A stretch of 64,000 nucleotides of DNA from an uncultured Collinsella sp. (GCA_900541855.1 UQLD01000001.1:38052-102051), one strand, 5' to 3'. Counted from the stretch's first letter, positions 39,322 to 49,415 are shown. Numbers and translations: made by a program. The notes: generated from the sequence alone by a model not told the origin.

Positions 39322-40587
39322 CTAGCTCCTCGTATATCTACGCAGCGCGATGGCGGCGTTGTGTCCGCCAAAGCCCAGGTTGGTCGAAAGCGCCCAGGTA
39401 AGGTCGGCGCGAACCGCGCGATTGGGCGTGTAGTCAAGATCGCAGGCGGGATCGGGCGTGTGGTAGTTAATGGTCGGCGGCACCACGCCTTGTTCGAGCG
39501 CCATGGCGCAGGCCATGACCTCGATGGCGCCCGTGGCACCGATCATGTGGCCGGTCATCGACTTTGTCGACGAGACGTGCGCGGCGCGCGCCGCGTCCTC
39601 GCCGAGTGCACGCTTAATGCCCGCCGTCTCGGACGAATCGTTAAGCTTGGTCGAGGTGCCGTGGGCATTGATGTAGAGACCCTCGGAAGGCTTGACGTCG
39701 CCCTCGGTCACCGCCAGCGATATCGCGCGGGCAATGCCGGCAGCCTCGGGATCAGGACTCGTGATGTGATAGGCATCATCGGTGTTGCCGTAGCCCACGA
39801 CCTCGGCATAAATGTGCGCACCGCGCGCCTGCGCATGTTCCATGCTCTCGAGTACCAGCACGCAGGCGCCCTCGCCCATCACAAAGCCGTCGCGGTCTGC
39901 ATCGAACGGACGGCAGGCCGTCGCGGGATCGGGGTTGGTGGTCAATGCGCGGCAGGACGTAAAGCCCGCAACGGCATCGGGGATAATTGCAGCCTCGGCG
40001 CCGCCCGCGAGGATCGCGTCGGCATAGCCGTGCTTGATGGCGCGGAACGCCTCGCCCACCGCATGGGCCGAGGTTGCGCACGCGGTCACCACGGGCAGGG
40101 TCGGGCCCTTTGCCTTGTGGCGGATTGCGATATTACCCGATGCCATGTTGGGGATCATCATCGCGATCATATAGGGCGATGCGCGGCGGGGCCCACGTTC
40201 GGCAATCGTATGGACGTTGTCGACGAGCGTCGTCATGCCGCCCACGCCCGAGCCCACGTAGACGCCCAGGCGCTCGCGATCGATGGCGCCTTCGACATCA
40301 AAGCCCGCATCGTGCATGGCTTCGTCCGAAGCCGCCATCGCAAACTGAACGCAGGGGTCGAGATGCTTGGCGTCACGCTTGCCAAAGTACTCGTTGCCGT
40401 CAAAGCCCTTGACCTCGGCTGCCACCTTGACGGCAAACGCATCGGTATCGAAGTGCGTAATCGGGCCGATGCCGCACGTGCCGGCGCACATGGCCGCCCA
40501 GGTGGCAAGCGCGGTGTTGCCGAGCGGCGACACGGCACCGATACCGGTGATTGCAACTCTCTGTTCCATCATGGTCTCCTCATCCAA
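39322..40587 (-). CDS. fabF: beta-ketoacyl-ACP synthase II
   Basis: 421 aa thiolase-fold KAS with the active-site Cys region (VVTACATSAHAVGEA). Confidence 0.9.
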   Translation of the reverse strand: MDEETMMEQRVAITGIGAVSPLGNTALATWAAMCAGTCGIGPITHFDTDAFAVKVAAEVKGFDGNEYFGKRDAKHLDPCVQFAMAASDEAMHDAGFDVEGAIDRERLGVYVGSGVGGMTTLVDNVHTIAERGPRRASPYMIAMMIPNMASGNIAIRHKAKGPTLPVVTACATSAHAVGEAFRAIKHGYADAILAGGAEAAIIPDAVAGFTSCRALTTNPDPATACRPFDADRDGFVMGEGACVLVLESMEHAQARGAHIYAEVVGYGNTDDAYHITSPDPEAAGIARAISLAVTEGDVKPSEGLYINAHGTSTKLNDSSETAGIKRALGEDAARAAHVSSTKSMTGHMIGATGAIEVMACAMALEQGVVPPTINYHTPDPACDLDYTPNRAVRADLTWALSTNLGFGGHNAAIALRRYTRS

Positions 40588-40608
40588 GCCGTTCTTCGGC
40601 CCTGGTTT

Positions 40609-41382
40609 CTACATCGCCATTCCGCCGTCGACGCGTACGACTTCGCCCGTAATGTAGGCAGCCGCATCGCTCACTAAAAATCGCACCACACCGGCCACCT
40701 CTTCGGGCTGCGCCATACGCTTAAGGGGAATCTGCTCCTCGGTTACCGTACGCACCTTCTCCGAGAGCTTTGCCGTCATATCCGTCTCGACAAACCCGGG
40801 GGCGACCGCGTTCACTCGTACACCGCGGGGCGCAAGCTCGCGCGCCACCGCCTTGGTCAGGCCGATCACGCCCGCCTTGGAGGCAGCGTAGTTGACCTGC
40901 CCGGCATTGCCCATCAGGCCCACAACCGAGCTCATGTTGACGACGCAGCCGCCGCGCTGGCGCATAAAGGACTTGGTGAGCGCGCGCGTCGTGTTAAACG
41001 TTCCTTTAAGATTGACATCGAGCACGCGATCGAAGGCGTCATCACCCATACGCATGAGCAGGCCATCGCGGGTGATGCCAGCGTTGTTGACGAGCGCCCA
41101 AATGGAGCCAAAGTCGTTGAGGACCGCTTCCACGCACGCGTTGACGGCAGCGGGATCGGCCACGTCGCATTGATATGCGCGAGCTGTGGCACCAGCGGCC
41201 TCGCAGGCTTCGCACGTCTCGCGCGCCGCTTCGACGCTGCCGGCATAGACGACGGCGATATCAAAGCCGTCCTCCGCCAGACCGATAGCGCAGGCGCGGC
41301 CGATACCCCGCGAGCCGCCCGTGACCAGTGCCACGCGACGTGAGTCGTTGCGCTCGAGCGCGCCATTGTTCAAGTTGCCCAT
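40609..41382 (-). CDS. fabG: 3-oxoacyl-ACP reductase
   Basis: SDR, TGGSRGIGRA NAD(P)-binding motif, YAASKAG catalytic motif. Confidence 0.9.
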   Translation of the reverse strand: MGNLNNGALERNDSRRVALVTGGSRGIGRACAIGLAEDGFDIAVVYAGSVEAARETCEACEAAGATARAYQCDVADPAAVNACVEAVLNDFGSIWALVNNAGITRDGLLMRMGDDAFDRVLDVNLKGTFNTTRALTKSFMRQRGGCVVNMSSVVGLMGNAGQVNYAASKAGVIGLTKAVARELAPRGVRVNAVAPGFVETDMTAKLSEKVRTVTEEQIPLKRMAQPEEVAGVVRFLVSDAAAYITGEVVRVDGGMAM

Positions 41383-41412
41383 GTCATTCCTTTCGGGTTA
41401 CAGCCCTGTGGA

Positions 41413-42345
41413 CTATGCGAGCTCGTCGGCAATAGCTGCGACTTGCTCGGCCGTCTCGCACGAATACACACGAACGTCGCTCAACGTACGCTTGACCAGG
41501 CCGGACAGCGTTTTGCCGGGGCCGACCTCAATAAATGTGTCGATGCCTTGATCCTGCAGAGCATGCAGCGTATCGACCCAGCGCACGGCATGGCTCACCT
41601 GATTGGCCAAGACATCCGATGCCGCTCGCGGGTCCGCCGGATAGGGCGCCGCCGTCATGTTTGCCATGACCGGAATCAGCAGCGGAGACGGCGCGTGGCC
41701 GGCTTGGATATACGTCGCCAGCCCCTCGGTCGCCTCTGCCATATATGGGCTATGGAATGCACCCGACACCGCGACTTTCATAGCGCGGCCGCCGGCCTCT
41801 TTTACTAGGACGTCGAGCTCCTGCAGCGCCTCGGACGCTCCGGCCACAACCGTCTGCTGCGGACTGTTGTAGTTGACCGGCCAGCAGTCCTCGCCGGCCT
41901 GCGCAGCCAGGTTCTCGACTTGCGCAGCATCAAGTTTGATGACGGCGCGCATGCCGCCGGGGTGACGCTCGGCCGCCGTGGCCATCAATGCCGCGCGCTC
42001 ACACACAAGCTCAAAACCCGCTTGCGTATCGAATGCCCCCGCAAAGGTGAGTGCAGCGACCTCGCCCAGCGAGAATCCCGCACAGGCGGCAGGCACTACG
42101 CCGCGCTCGCGCAGGGCGACGGCGACAGCCAGGTCGTGCACGAACACGCAAGGCTGCGTGTTCTCGGTCTGCGAGAGCTCCTCCTTGGAGGCGCTCCGGC
42201 ACTGCTCGCTCGTCCCCGGGCGCACCTCATCGGCAATGGCGAACACCTCGGCGGCCGCCGGCGATGTCTCGATCAAGTCGACGCCCATCGCGGGGTGCTG
42301 GGCACCCTGGCCGGCAAACAAAAACGCTACGCCACCCATGTGCAC
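41413..42345 (-). CDS. fabD: malonyl CoA-ACP transacylase
   Basis: FAGQGAQ...GFSLGEVAALTFAG (GxSxG). Confidence 0.9.
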   Translation of the reverse strand: MHMGGVAFLFAGQGAQHPAMGVDLIETSPAAAEVFAIADEVRPGTSEQCRSASKEELSQTENTQPCVFVHDLAVAVALRERGVVPAACAGFSLGEVAALTFAGAFDTQAGFELVCERAALMATAAERHPGGMRAVIKLDAAQVENLAAQAGEDCWPVNYNSPQQTVVAGASEALQELDVLVKEAGGRAMKVAVSGAFHSPYMAEATEGLATYIQAGHAPSPLLIPVMANMTAAPYPADPRAASDVLANQVSHAVRWVDTLHALQDQGIDTFIEVGPGKTLSGLVKRTLSDVRVYSCETAEQVAAIADELA

Positions 42346-43271
42346 GCACCCTTCAGGACGTGCTCGGCGCCCTCGACCAGGTCGTCAACGATTTCGCGTG
42401 CGCTCTGGCGCTCGTTGACCATGCCGGCAATCTGTCCACACAAAAACGAACCCTCTTCGTAGTTGCCGTCCTTGGCGGCCTTACGCAGCGCACCGGTTCC
42501 CATAGCACCGAGCTCCTCGGCACTCGCGCCGGAACCCTCGCTCTTGGCATAGGCGTTGGTGAAGGGGCTCTTGAGGGCGCGCACTGGATGTCCCGTCGAG
42601 CGACCGGTCGCACGCGTTGAAGTGTCGTTGGCCTTCAGGACCATCTCTTTGTACTGCTCCGAGACGGTGCACTCGTCTGCGACCAGAAAGCGCGTACCCA
42701 CTTGCACGCCTTCGGCGCCCAGCATAAAGGCGGCCGCCACGCCGCGGCCGTCGGCAATACCGCCGGCGGCCACGACGGGAATGTCAACCGCATCGACGAC
42801 CTGCGGCACCAGTGCCATCGTCGAGGTCTCGCCAATATGGCCGCCCGATTCGGTACCCTCGGCAACAACCGCCGTGGCTCCACGACGTGCCACGAGGCGC
42901 GCCAGCGCCACCGAGGCAACGACCGGGATGACCTTGATGCCCGCCTCGTTCCACGCCTTCATGTACTTGGCGGGATTGCCGGCGCCCGTCACGACGACCG
43001 GCACTCGCTCGTCAATCACGACCTGTGCAACCTCGTCGGCAAACGGGCTCATGAGCATGACGTTCACGCCAAAGGGCTTATCCGTCTTGGCGCGCAGCTC
43101 ATGAATCTGGTCGCGAAGCCAGTTGGCGTCGGCGTTCATGGCCGCGATGATGCCTAAGCCACCCGCCTCGGACACTGCGGACGCCAGCGAGGCATCGGCA
43201 ATCCAGGCCATACCGCCCTGGAACACGGGCTTTTCGATGCCGAGCAGATCGCAGAGAGGAGTCTTGAGCAT
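42327..43271 (-). CDS. fabK: enoyl-ACP reductase II (FMN-dependent, NPD/FabK type)
   Basis: MLKTPLCDLLGIEKPVFQGGMAWIADASLASAVSEAGGLGII TIM-barrel nitronate-monooxygenase-like fold. Position matches the Streptococcus fab operon. Confidence 0.8.
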   Translation of the reverse strand: MLKTPLCDLLGIEKPVFQGGMAWIADASLASAVSEAGGLGIIAAMNADANWLRDQIHELRAKTDKPFGVNVMLMSPFADEVAQVVIDERVPVVVTGAGNPAKYMKAWNEAGIKVIPVVASVALARLVARRGATAVVAEGTESGGHIGETSTMALVPQVVDAVDIPVVAAGGIADGRGVAAAFMLGAEGVQVGTRFLVADECTVSEQYKEMVLKANDTSTRATGRSTGHPVRALKSPFTNAYAKSEGSGASAEELGAMGTGALRKAAKDGNYEEGSFLCGQIAGMVNERQSAREIVDDLVEGAEHVLKGACTWVA

Positions 43272-43273
43272 CT

Positions 43274-43510
43274 CTACTTCTCCAATGCCGCCTCGACCGT
43301 ATCGGCGAACTCGCCGACCGTCTTGGGGTTCTCCTCGGTATCGAGCTGGATGCCAAACTCGTCCTCGACGGCAACGAGGATCTCGACGGTGCCCAGGCTG
43401 TCGAGACCAATCTCCTCGAGCGTGGACTCGGGCTTCATCTCGACATCGTCAAGACCGGCGGTCTCGCGGATAACGTCGCAAACGCGCTCGAAGGTCTTCT
43501 GATCTGCCAT
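43274..43510 (-). CDS. acpP: acyl carrier protein
   Basis: 78 aa, LGLDSLGTVEILVAVEDEF phosphopantetheine-attachment motif (DSL). Confidence 0.9.
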   Translation of the reverse strand: MADQKTFERVCDVIRETAGLDDVEMKPESTLEEIGLDSLGTVEILVAVEDEFGIQLDTEENPKTVGEFADTVEAALEK

Positions 43511-43561
43511 GGTAGTTCTCCTTTGGTTGTGCCCTAGGGCGTTTTTATTTCCTATGTGCGA

Positions 43562-44524
43562 CTACTTCCAACGAAGCAGATAGCCACCTATATCCAGACC
43601 GGCGCCAAATCCAACCAAGGCGATGGTGTCGCCTGTGTGAAGTGCACCGGCGTTTGCCAGCCGGTCGAGGGCAAGCGGAATGCATGCGCTCGAAATGTTG
43701 CCGGTCTCGCGCAACGTGCGAGCCACGCGCTCGTCCGGCACGCCCAGGCGCTTGACCGCCTGGCTCAGGATTCGTTCGTTAGCCTGATGGAATACAAAAT
43801 GATCGATGTCTTCGACCAAAATGCCCGCATCGATCGCAAGCTTATGGACCGTGTCGCAGATGGCGTTGACGCCGAACTTGAACACGCGGCGGCCATTCAT
43901 GGACAGCACGCTCGCGCTATCTGCGGAAGCCTTAAACGGCGAGGTACCGACCAGACCGGGAACGCGCAACGTCTCGACGTCGGGCGCCGTCGAAAGCTCA
44001 ACGGCAAGGGGACTGTCTCCCCCAGCCTCAATCACTGCGGCGCCTGCCCCATCGCCAAAGAGCACGCAGGTGGCACGGTCGGTCCAGTCGAGCGCGCGCG
44101 TCATCTGCTCGGCAGCAACGACAAGCACGCGCTCGGCGCGACCGCGGGCGATATAGCCCTCGGCGACATCGAGCGCAAATACGAAGCCGGCACAAGCCGC
44201 CGAGACATCGAAGGCAGGGCACGTCGCGCCTAGTCGCTCAGCAACGGCACACGCCTCAGCGGGAACAAGGTGGTCACCCGTCGTCGTCGAACAGACGATC
44301 AGATCCAGCTGGCTCGCGTCGATTCCGGACACCTGGAGTGCCCGCTCACTCGCCGCTACGGCAAGGTCGTCAAGTGACTCGGTGGTGCAGACGTGGCGGC
44401 TCTTGATACCGGTGCGAGTAAAAATCCACTCATCCGAGGTATCGAGGAACTCAGACAGCTCGTCATTGGAAACGCTGCGCTCAGGAAGCGCCGAGCCTGT
44501 TCCAAGAATCGTGAAACCCATCAC
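43562..44524 (-). CDS. fabH: beta-ketoacyl-ACP synthase III
   Basis: MGFTILGTGSALPERSVSNDEL... Cys-His-Asn triad. RBS AAAGGAGG before ATG 44524. The track ORF begins 18 codons earlier. Confidence 0.9.
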   Translation of the reverse strand: MMGFTILGTGSALPERSVSNDELSEFLDTSDEWIFTRTGIKSRHVCTTESLDDLAVAASERALQVSGIDASQLDLIVCSTTTGDHLVPAEACAVAERLGATCPAFDVSAACAGFVFALDVAEGYIARGRAERVLVVAAEQMTRALDWTDRATCVLFGDGAGAAVIEAGGDSPLAVELSTAPDVETLRVPGLVGTSPFKASADSASVLSMNGRRVFKFGVNAICDTVHKLAIDAGILVEDIDHFVFHQANERILSQAVKRLGVPDERVARTLRETGNISSACIPLALDRLANAGALHTGDTIALVGFGAGLDIGGYLLRWK

Positions 44525-44535
44525 TAACCTCCTTT

Positions 44536-44606
44536 GAGTTGTTGACGTGTTTACATCGACCAAGAGAGGATAACGCATTTCAGTCTTTGTTGACGTGTTA
44601 ACATTA
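44536..44606 (-). promoter_or_regulatory. Tandemly duplicated 19-bp motif TTGTTGACGTGTT(T/A)ACAT (44538-44556, 44587-44604) in the fabH 5' region; candidate fab-operon operator
   Basis: Two copies ~49 bp apart between fabH and divergent birA. The proximal copy abuts the fabH RBS. Confidence 0.4.
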
Positions 44607-44697
44607 AATTGTCCAAATGCGACAAAGGCTTCACATTGTGTCTATCTCTCGACACCATTGCGTCATTCACTTATTCAATAAGGAGGTAGCAGCCGCT

Positions 44698-45474
44698 ATG
44701 GATGCCCAATTAACGATTGTCGACGTAACCGGATCGACCAACGATGACCTGCTCGAGGCAGGAAAACAGGGTGCGCCGCACGGCACAGGACTTGCCGCCC
44801 GCGCGCAAACGGCAGGACGCGGCCGGCGCGGCCACAAGTGGGATTCAACCGCCGGCAACCTATTGCTTTCGATTGTCCTGCGTCCATGCGTTAATCCCGC
44901 AAAGTACTCTGGTCTTGCCGCCGTCAGCGGCCTAGCGGTGCTCGAAGCACTCGAAAAGCAGGGTCTTGCAAACGAGATTGGCCTCAAATGGCCCAACGAC
45001 CTGGTCGCGCGAGGACGCAAACTCGGCGGCATTCTGGTCGAGGCCGCACGCGATAACGAAGGCAAACCTTTCGCCGTCTGCGGCATTGGTGTCAACGTAA
45101 ACTACACGCCCCAAGAGGTGCCCGATGGCGGCCTGGCGGCAATTGGCCTCTCGGACCTCAACGAGAGCGTTCCCGCCGTCGACATGCTCCTCGATGAGGT
45201 CTATCACGCAGTTATAGACGCTGTAGATACCTGGGCAGAGCGCCTCAACGCCAAGGAAGAAGACGCCGGTCCGCTCGCGCCCGTCCACGACGAATATATC
45301 GCTCACCTCAATTGGATCGGGAAGCACGTTATCGCCCGCTCCCCCGCTGGAGACGAGCTGGCACGAGGCATATTTAGAACGGTCGACGATTGCGGCCGCG
45401 CATGCATTGAGACCGAGAGCGGCTTGTGCGTCTTCCACTTCGAAGAAGCATCCTTGCGCCCCCTGAGCGAATAG
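44698..45474 (+). CDS. birA: biotin--[acetyl-CoA-carboxylase] ligase (group I BirA, no N-terminal HTH)
   Basis: RBS AAGGAGG before ATG 44698. GRGRRGHKW biotin-binding loop. Divergent from the acc/fab operon. Confidence 0.85.
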   Translation: MDAQLTIVDVTGSTNDDLLEAGKQGAPHGTGLAARAQTAGRGRRGHKWDSTAGNLLLSIVLRPCVNPAKYSGLAAVSGLAVLEALEKQGLANEIGLKWPNDLVARGRKLGGILVEAARDNEGKPFAVCGIGVNVNYTPQEVPDGGLAAIGLSDLNESVPAVDMLLDEVYHAVIDAVDTWAERLNAKEEDAGPLAPVHDEYIAHLNWIGKHVIARSPAGDELARGIFRTVDDCGRACIETESGLCVFHFEEASLRPLSE

Positions 45475-45528
45475 GGCGCCGCAGCCGCCGGCTCGGCAGA
45501 CGAATTCGCTATCCCAAAATCTAAACTC

Positions 45529-45572
45529 AAAACAAAAGGGCCCCGCTACCGTAACGGCAGCGGGGCCCTTTA
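45529..45572. terminator. Bidirectional intrinsic terminator between birA (+) and rpsJ (-): GGGCCCCGCTACCG-TAA-CGGCAGCGGGGCCC flanked by A-run/T-run
   Basis: ~13-bp stem with 1 mismatch. On the minus strand it is followed by TTTTGTTTTGAG. Confidence 0.75.
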
Positions 45573-45590
45573 AGCTATGAGCGATATCGC

Positions 45591-45899
45591 TTAGAGCTTG
45601 ATGTCGATGTCGACGCCAGCGGGGAGGTCGAGACGCATGAGCGAATCAACGGTGCCCGAGGTGGGGTCGAGGATGTCGATGAGGCGCTTGTGGGTGCGCA
45701 TCTCGAACTGCTCACGGGAGTCCTTGTTCACGTGCGGCGAGCGGATAACCGTGTACAGGTTGCGCTCGGTGGGCAGGGGGACAGGACCGGAAACGCGAGC
45801 GCCGGTCTTCTGAGCGGTCTCGACGATGAGCTTCGCGGACTGATCGACGACCTCGTGATCATAGCCCTTGAGGCGAATGCGGATCTTCTGGGTAGCCAA
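45591..45899 (-). CDS. rpsJ: 30S ribosomal protein S10
   Basis: [29 protein letters not shown]... The start codon appears to be TTG. Confidence 0.95.
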   Translation of the reverse strand: MATQKIRIRLKGYDHEVVDQSAKLIVETAQKTGARVSGPVPLPTERNLYTVIRSPHVNKDSREQFEMRTHKRLIDILDPTSGTVDSLMRLDLPAGVDIDIKL

Positions 45900-45960
45900 C
45901 TTAAACCTCCAAAGAGTGCGAGAGATGTTCTCGCAGGATTACGTAACAGAGAGCTCGAAC

Positions 45961-48060
45961 TTAGGCGTTCTTGCTCATGACCTCGTCCACGATGGACTTG
46001 GGCGCGGGCTCATAAGAGTCGAACTGCATCGTGTAGGATGCACGGCCCTGGGTCTGGGAGCGAAGGTCGGTAGCGTAACCGAACATCTCGCCCAGCGGCA
46101 CCTTGGCACGGATGAGCTTGCTGTTCTTGCGATCCTCCATGCCCTCGATCTTGCCGCGGCGACCGGAGAGGTTGCCCATAACGTCGCCCATGTACTGCTC
46201 GGGGGTCTCGACCTCGACAGCCATGATCGGCTCGAGCAGCTGCGGATCGGACTTCTTGAGGGCGTCCTTGATAGCCATGGAACCGGCGATCTTGAAGGCG
46301 GCCTCGGAGGAGTCGACCTCGTGGTAAGAACCGTCGAACAGGGTGACCTTAACGTCGAGGACCGGGAAGCCGGCGATAACACCGGTGTTCAGGGCCTCCT
46401 GGATGCCCTTGTCGATGGACGGGATGTACTCCTTGGGCACGACGCCGCCGACGATAGCGTTGACGAACTCGTAGCCGAAGCCCTCCTCCATCTTCTCGAG
46501 CTTGATGACGGCGTGGCCGTACTGACCGCGACCGCCGGACTGACGGACGAACTTGCCCTCAGCCTTCTCGACGTCGTGACCAGCGGTCTCGCGGTAGGCA
46601 ACCTGGGGCTTACCGACGTTAGCGTCAACCTTGAACTCGCGGAGCAGGCGGTCGACGATGATCTCGAGGTGCAGCTCGCCCATGCCGGCGATGATGGTCT
46701 GACCGGTCTCGTGGTTGGTGGACACCTGGAAGGTCGGGTCCTCCTCGGCGAGCTTGGTCAGAGCAAGGGACATCTTGTCCTGCTCGGCCTTGGTCTTGGG
46801 CTCGATGGCAACGTCGATAACGGGCTTAGCGAACTCGATCTTCTCGAGGACGATCTCCTTGCCCTCGGCGCACAGGGTGTCGCCGGTGGTGGAGTTCTTG
46901 AAGCCGACGCAAGCGACGATGTCACCGGCGGCAGCGTCGTCACGGTCGATACGCTCGGCGGCGTTCATCTCGAGGATGCGGCCGAGGCGCTCGCGCTGAC
47001 CGTTGGAAGCGTTGACAACGTAGGAGCCGGACTCGGCGCGGCCGGAGTAAACGCGGACGTAGGTGAGCTTACCGACGAACGGGTCGGTCATGATCTTGAA
47101 GACCAGGCCGGAGAAGGGCTCGTCGAAGGAAGGATGACGCTGGATCTCCTCGCCGGTGTCCGGATCGGTACCGGTGACGGCCTCGACGTCGAGCGGGCTG
47201 GGCAGATAGTCGACGACAGCGTCGAGCAGCTCCTGAACGCCCTTGTTCTTGTAGGCGGAGCCCACGAAGACGAGGTTGAGCTCGTTGGCCAGAACGCCCT
47301 TGCGCAGAGCGGCCTTAAGCTCCTCGACGGTGAAGTCCTCCTCCATGAGGATCTTCTCCATGAGCTCGTCGTCAAAGCTGGCAGCAGCGTCAAGGAGCTC
47401 CTCGCGCTTGGTGGCAGCGATGTCGGCGAACTCAGCCGGGATCTCGTCCATCGGCTCGGGGTAGGTCATACCCTTCTCGTCGGCCTTGAAGTCCCATGCA
47501 GTCATGGTGACCAGGTCGATGACGCCCCAGAAGTTGTCCTCGGCGCCCATCGGGACCTGAGCGGCCACGGCGTTAGCGTCGAGACGATCCTTCATGGTCT
47601 CGATAGCGTTGAAGAAGTCAGCGCCCACGCGGTCATACTTGTTGATGAAGGCGATGCGGGGGACGTTGAAGGTGGAAGCCTGACGCCAAACGGTCTCAGA
47701 CTGGGGCTGAACGCCGGCAACGGCGTCGAAGACGGCGACAGCGCCATCGAGGACGCGCAGGCAGCGCTCGACCTCGGCGGTGAAGTCAACGTGGCCCGGG
47801 GTGTCGATGATCTGGATGCGGTAGTCCTTACCGTCCTTGTTCCAGAAGCAGGTGGTGGCAGCGGAGGTAATGGTTACGCCGCGCTCCTGCTCCTGAACCA
47901 TCCAGTCCATGGTGGCAGCGCCCTCATGGACCTCACCGATCTTGTGGGTCTTACCGGTGTAGTAAAGAATACGCTCGGTCGTGGTGGTCTTACCGGCATC
48001 GATGTGAGCCATGATGCCGATGTTACGGGTATCGGAAAGCTTGTACTTAGGCTTAGCCAT
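45961..48060 (-). CDS. fusA: elongation factor G
   Basis: 699 aa. [23 protein letters not shown]-domain, full EF-G domain set. Confidence 0.95.
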   Translation of the reverse strand: MAKPKYKLSDTRNIGIMAHIDAGKTTTTERILYYTGKTHKIGEVHEGAATMDWMVQEQERGVTITSAATTCFWNKDGKDYRIQIIDTPGHVDFTAEVERCLRVLDGAVAVFDAVAGVQPQSETVWRQASTFNVPRIAFINKYDRVGADFFNAIETMKDRLDANAVAAQVPMGAEDNFWGVIDLVTMTAWDFKADEKGMTYPEPMDEIPAEFADIAATKREELLDAAASFDDELMEKILMEEDFTVEELKAALRKGVLANELNLVFVGSAYKNKGVQELLDAVVDYLPSPLDVEAVTGTDPDTGEEIQRHPSFDEPFSGLVFKIMTDPFVGKLTYVRVYSGRAESGSYVVNASNGQRERLGRILEMNAAERIDRDDAAAGDIVACVGFKNSTTGDTLCAEGKEIVLEKIEFAKPVIDVAIEPKTKAEQDKMSLALTKLAEEDPTFQVSTNHETGQTIIAGMGELHLEIIVDRLLREFKVDANVGKPQVAYRETAGHDVEKAEGKFVRQSGGRGQYGHAVIKLEKMEEGFGYEFVNAIVGGVVPKEYIPSIDKGIQEALNTGVIAGFPVLDVKVTLFDGSYHEVDSSEAAFKIAGSMAIKDALKKSDPQLLEPIMAVEVETPEQYMGDVMGNLSGRRGKIEGMEDRKNSKLIRAKVPLGEMFGYATDLRSQTQGRASYTMQFDSYEPAPKSIVDEVMSKNA

Positions 48061-48079
48061 GTTAGTTCCTTACCTTAAC

Positions 48080-48553
48080 TTACCAACGATAGTGAGAGAA
48101 CGCGCGGTTGGCCTCGGCCATCTTGAAGACGTCCTCACGCTTCTTGACGGAAGCGCCCAGGCCGTTGGAGGCGTCGAGGATCTCGTTGGCGAGACGCTCG
48201 GCCATGGTCTTCTCCTTGCGAGCGCGGGAGAAGTTGACGATCCAGCGGATGCCCAGAGCGGTGGAACGACGGGAGTTGACCTCCATCGGGACCTGATAGG
48301 TAGCGCCACCGACACGCTTGGGCTTAACCTCGAGCGTGGGCTTGACGTTGTCCATAGCCTTCTTGAAGGTAGCGAGAGCGTCGCCACCCTCGGACTTCTC
48401 GGCAACGATCTCGAAAGCGGTGTAAACGATGCGCTCAGCGGTGGCCTTCTTGCCGTCAAGAAGGACCTTGTTGATGAGCTGAGTCACCAGGCGGTTGTTG
48501 TAAACGGCGTCAGGCTGAACCTCACGACGATTAGCTGCTGCACGACGCGGCAT
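48080..48553 (-). CDS. rpsG: 30S ribosomal protein S7
   Basis: [36 protein letters not shown]... Confidence 0.95.
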   Translation of the reverse strand: MPRRAAANRREVQPDAVYNNRLVTQLINKVLLDGKKATAERIVYTAFEIVAEKSEGGDALATFKKAMDNVKPTLEVKPKRVGGATYQVPMEVNSRRSTALGIRWIVNFSRARKEKTMAERLANEILDASNGLGASVKKREDVFKMAEANRAFSHYRW

Positions 48554-48626
48554 GTGAAATCTCCTTAAGTGTCTACCGTGCGGCCCTTAGGCGGCACACG
48601 GCGAAAGTATCAAAACGTTATCTGGC

Positions 48627-49004
48627 TTATTTAGCCTTGGGGCGCTTAGCACCGTACTTGGAACGGGCCTGCATACGGTTCTGGACCGGAGCAGCGTCGT
48701 AGGCGCCACGGATGACGTGATAACGGACACCAGGGAGGTCACGGACACGACCGCCGCGGACGAGCACGATGGAGTGCTCCTGCAGGTTGTGGCCCTCACC
48801 CGGGATGTAAGCAGTAACTTCGATGCCGTTGACAAGGCGAACACGGGCAACCTTACGAAGAGCCGAGTTCGGCTTCTTAGGGCTCGTGGTGAAGACGCGG
48901 GTGCACACGCCGCGCTTCTGGGAGTTGTGCTGCAGAGCAGCGTTCTTGGACTTCTTGGGCACGGAACGACGGCCCTGGCGAACCAGCTGGTTAATAGTAG
49001 GCAA
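48627..49004 (-). CDS. rpsL: 30S ribosomal protein S12
   Basis: [57 protein letters not shown]... Confidence 0.95.
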   Translation of the reverse strand: MPTINQLVRQGRRSVPKKSKNAALQHNSQKRGVCTRVFTTSPKKPNSALRKVARVRLVNGIEVTAYIPGEGHNLQEHSIVLVRGGRVRDLPGVRYHVIRGAYDAAPVQNRMQARSKYGAKRPKAK

Positions 49005-49211
49005 AGCGTACTCCTTCTCGAATGATTCCAGCTTTCTGTAAAGTGCAACGGCTTGAATCGAGGGGTCAGCATCCCCCTACGAAACACGCAGTTCGATAGG
49101 ATACGTGGCGTTAGCTGTGCCGTCAACAGACCACGCCGCCGGGCGTATCCCAAAATGAGCATATTTCCGCAAAGCCTACACAAAAGGAATCCCCTTCTGT
49201 GCGCGGGGGCA

Positions 49212-49348
49212 GATTCCCGGAACGGGCCGCCCGCTGTTTAAGTTTGCTGCTCTACAGTCCTGCGCAAGACGGAAAGCACATTAAGTGCTTTCCTTTGCGT
49301 GCGGAACTCGCGACAAACTTAAGCAGCGGGCGGCCCGTTCCGGGAATC
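49212..49348. repeat. Nested perfect-palindrome element, copy 3: 25-bp perfect arms (GATTCCCGGAACGGGCCGCCCGCTG) + TTAAGTTTGCTGCTCTA + conserved core + CAAACTTAA
   Basis: Arms 49212-49236 / 49324-49348 are exact reverse complements. The inner part is identical to copy 2 over ~85 bp. Confidence 0.85.
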
Positions 49349-49377
49349 CGACGTGCTCGTCGGGGCAACGTTCCTCA

Positions 49378-49415
49378 TCAAAAAAGACCCGCTCCCCTGT
49401 TGGGAAACGGGTCTT
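49378..49415 (-). terminator. Intrinsic terminator after rpoC (GACCCG-loop-CGGGTC + TTTTTT on the minus strand)
   Basis: 7-bp stem; the T-run corresponds to plus-strand AAAAAA 49380-49385. Confidence 0.7.

Noticed and set aside
44617-44697. Longer BirA (track ORF from 44617) with an N-terminal extension
   Set aside because: The AAGGAGG RBS sits immediately before ATG 44698. The upstream 27 codons overlap the fabH promoter and have no HTH character. This is a group I BirA.
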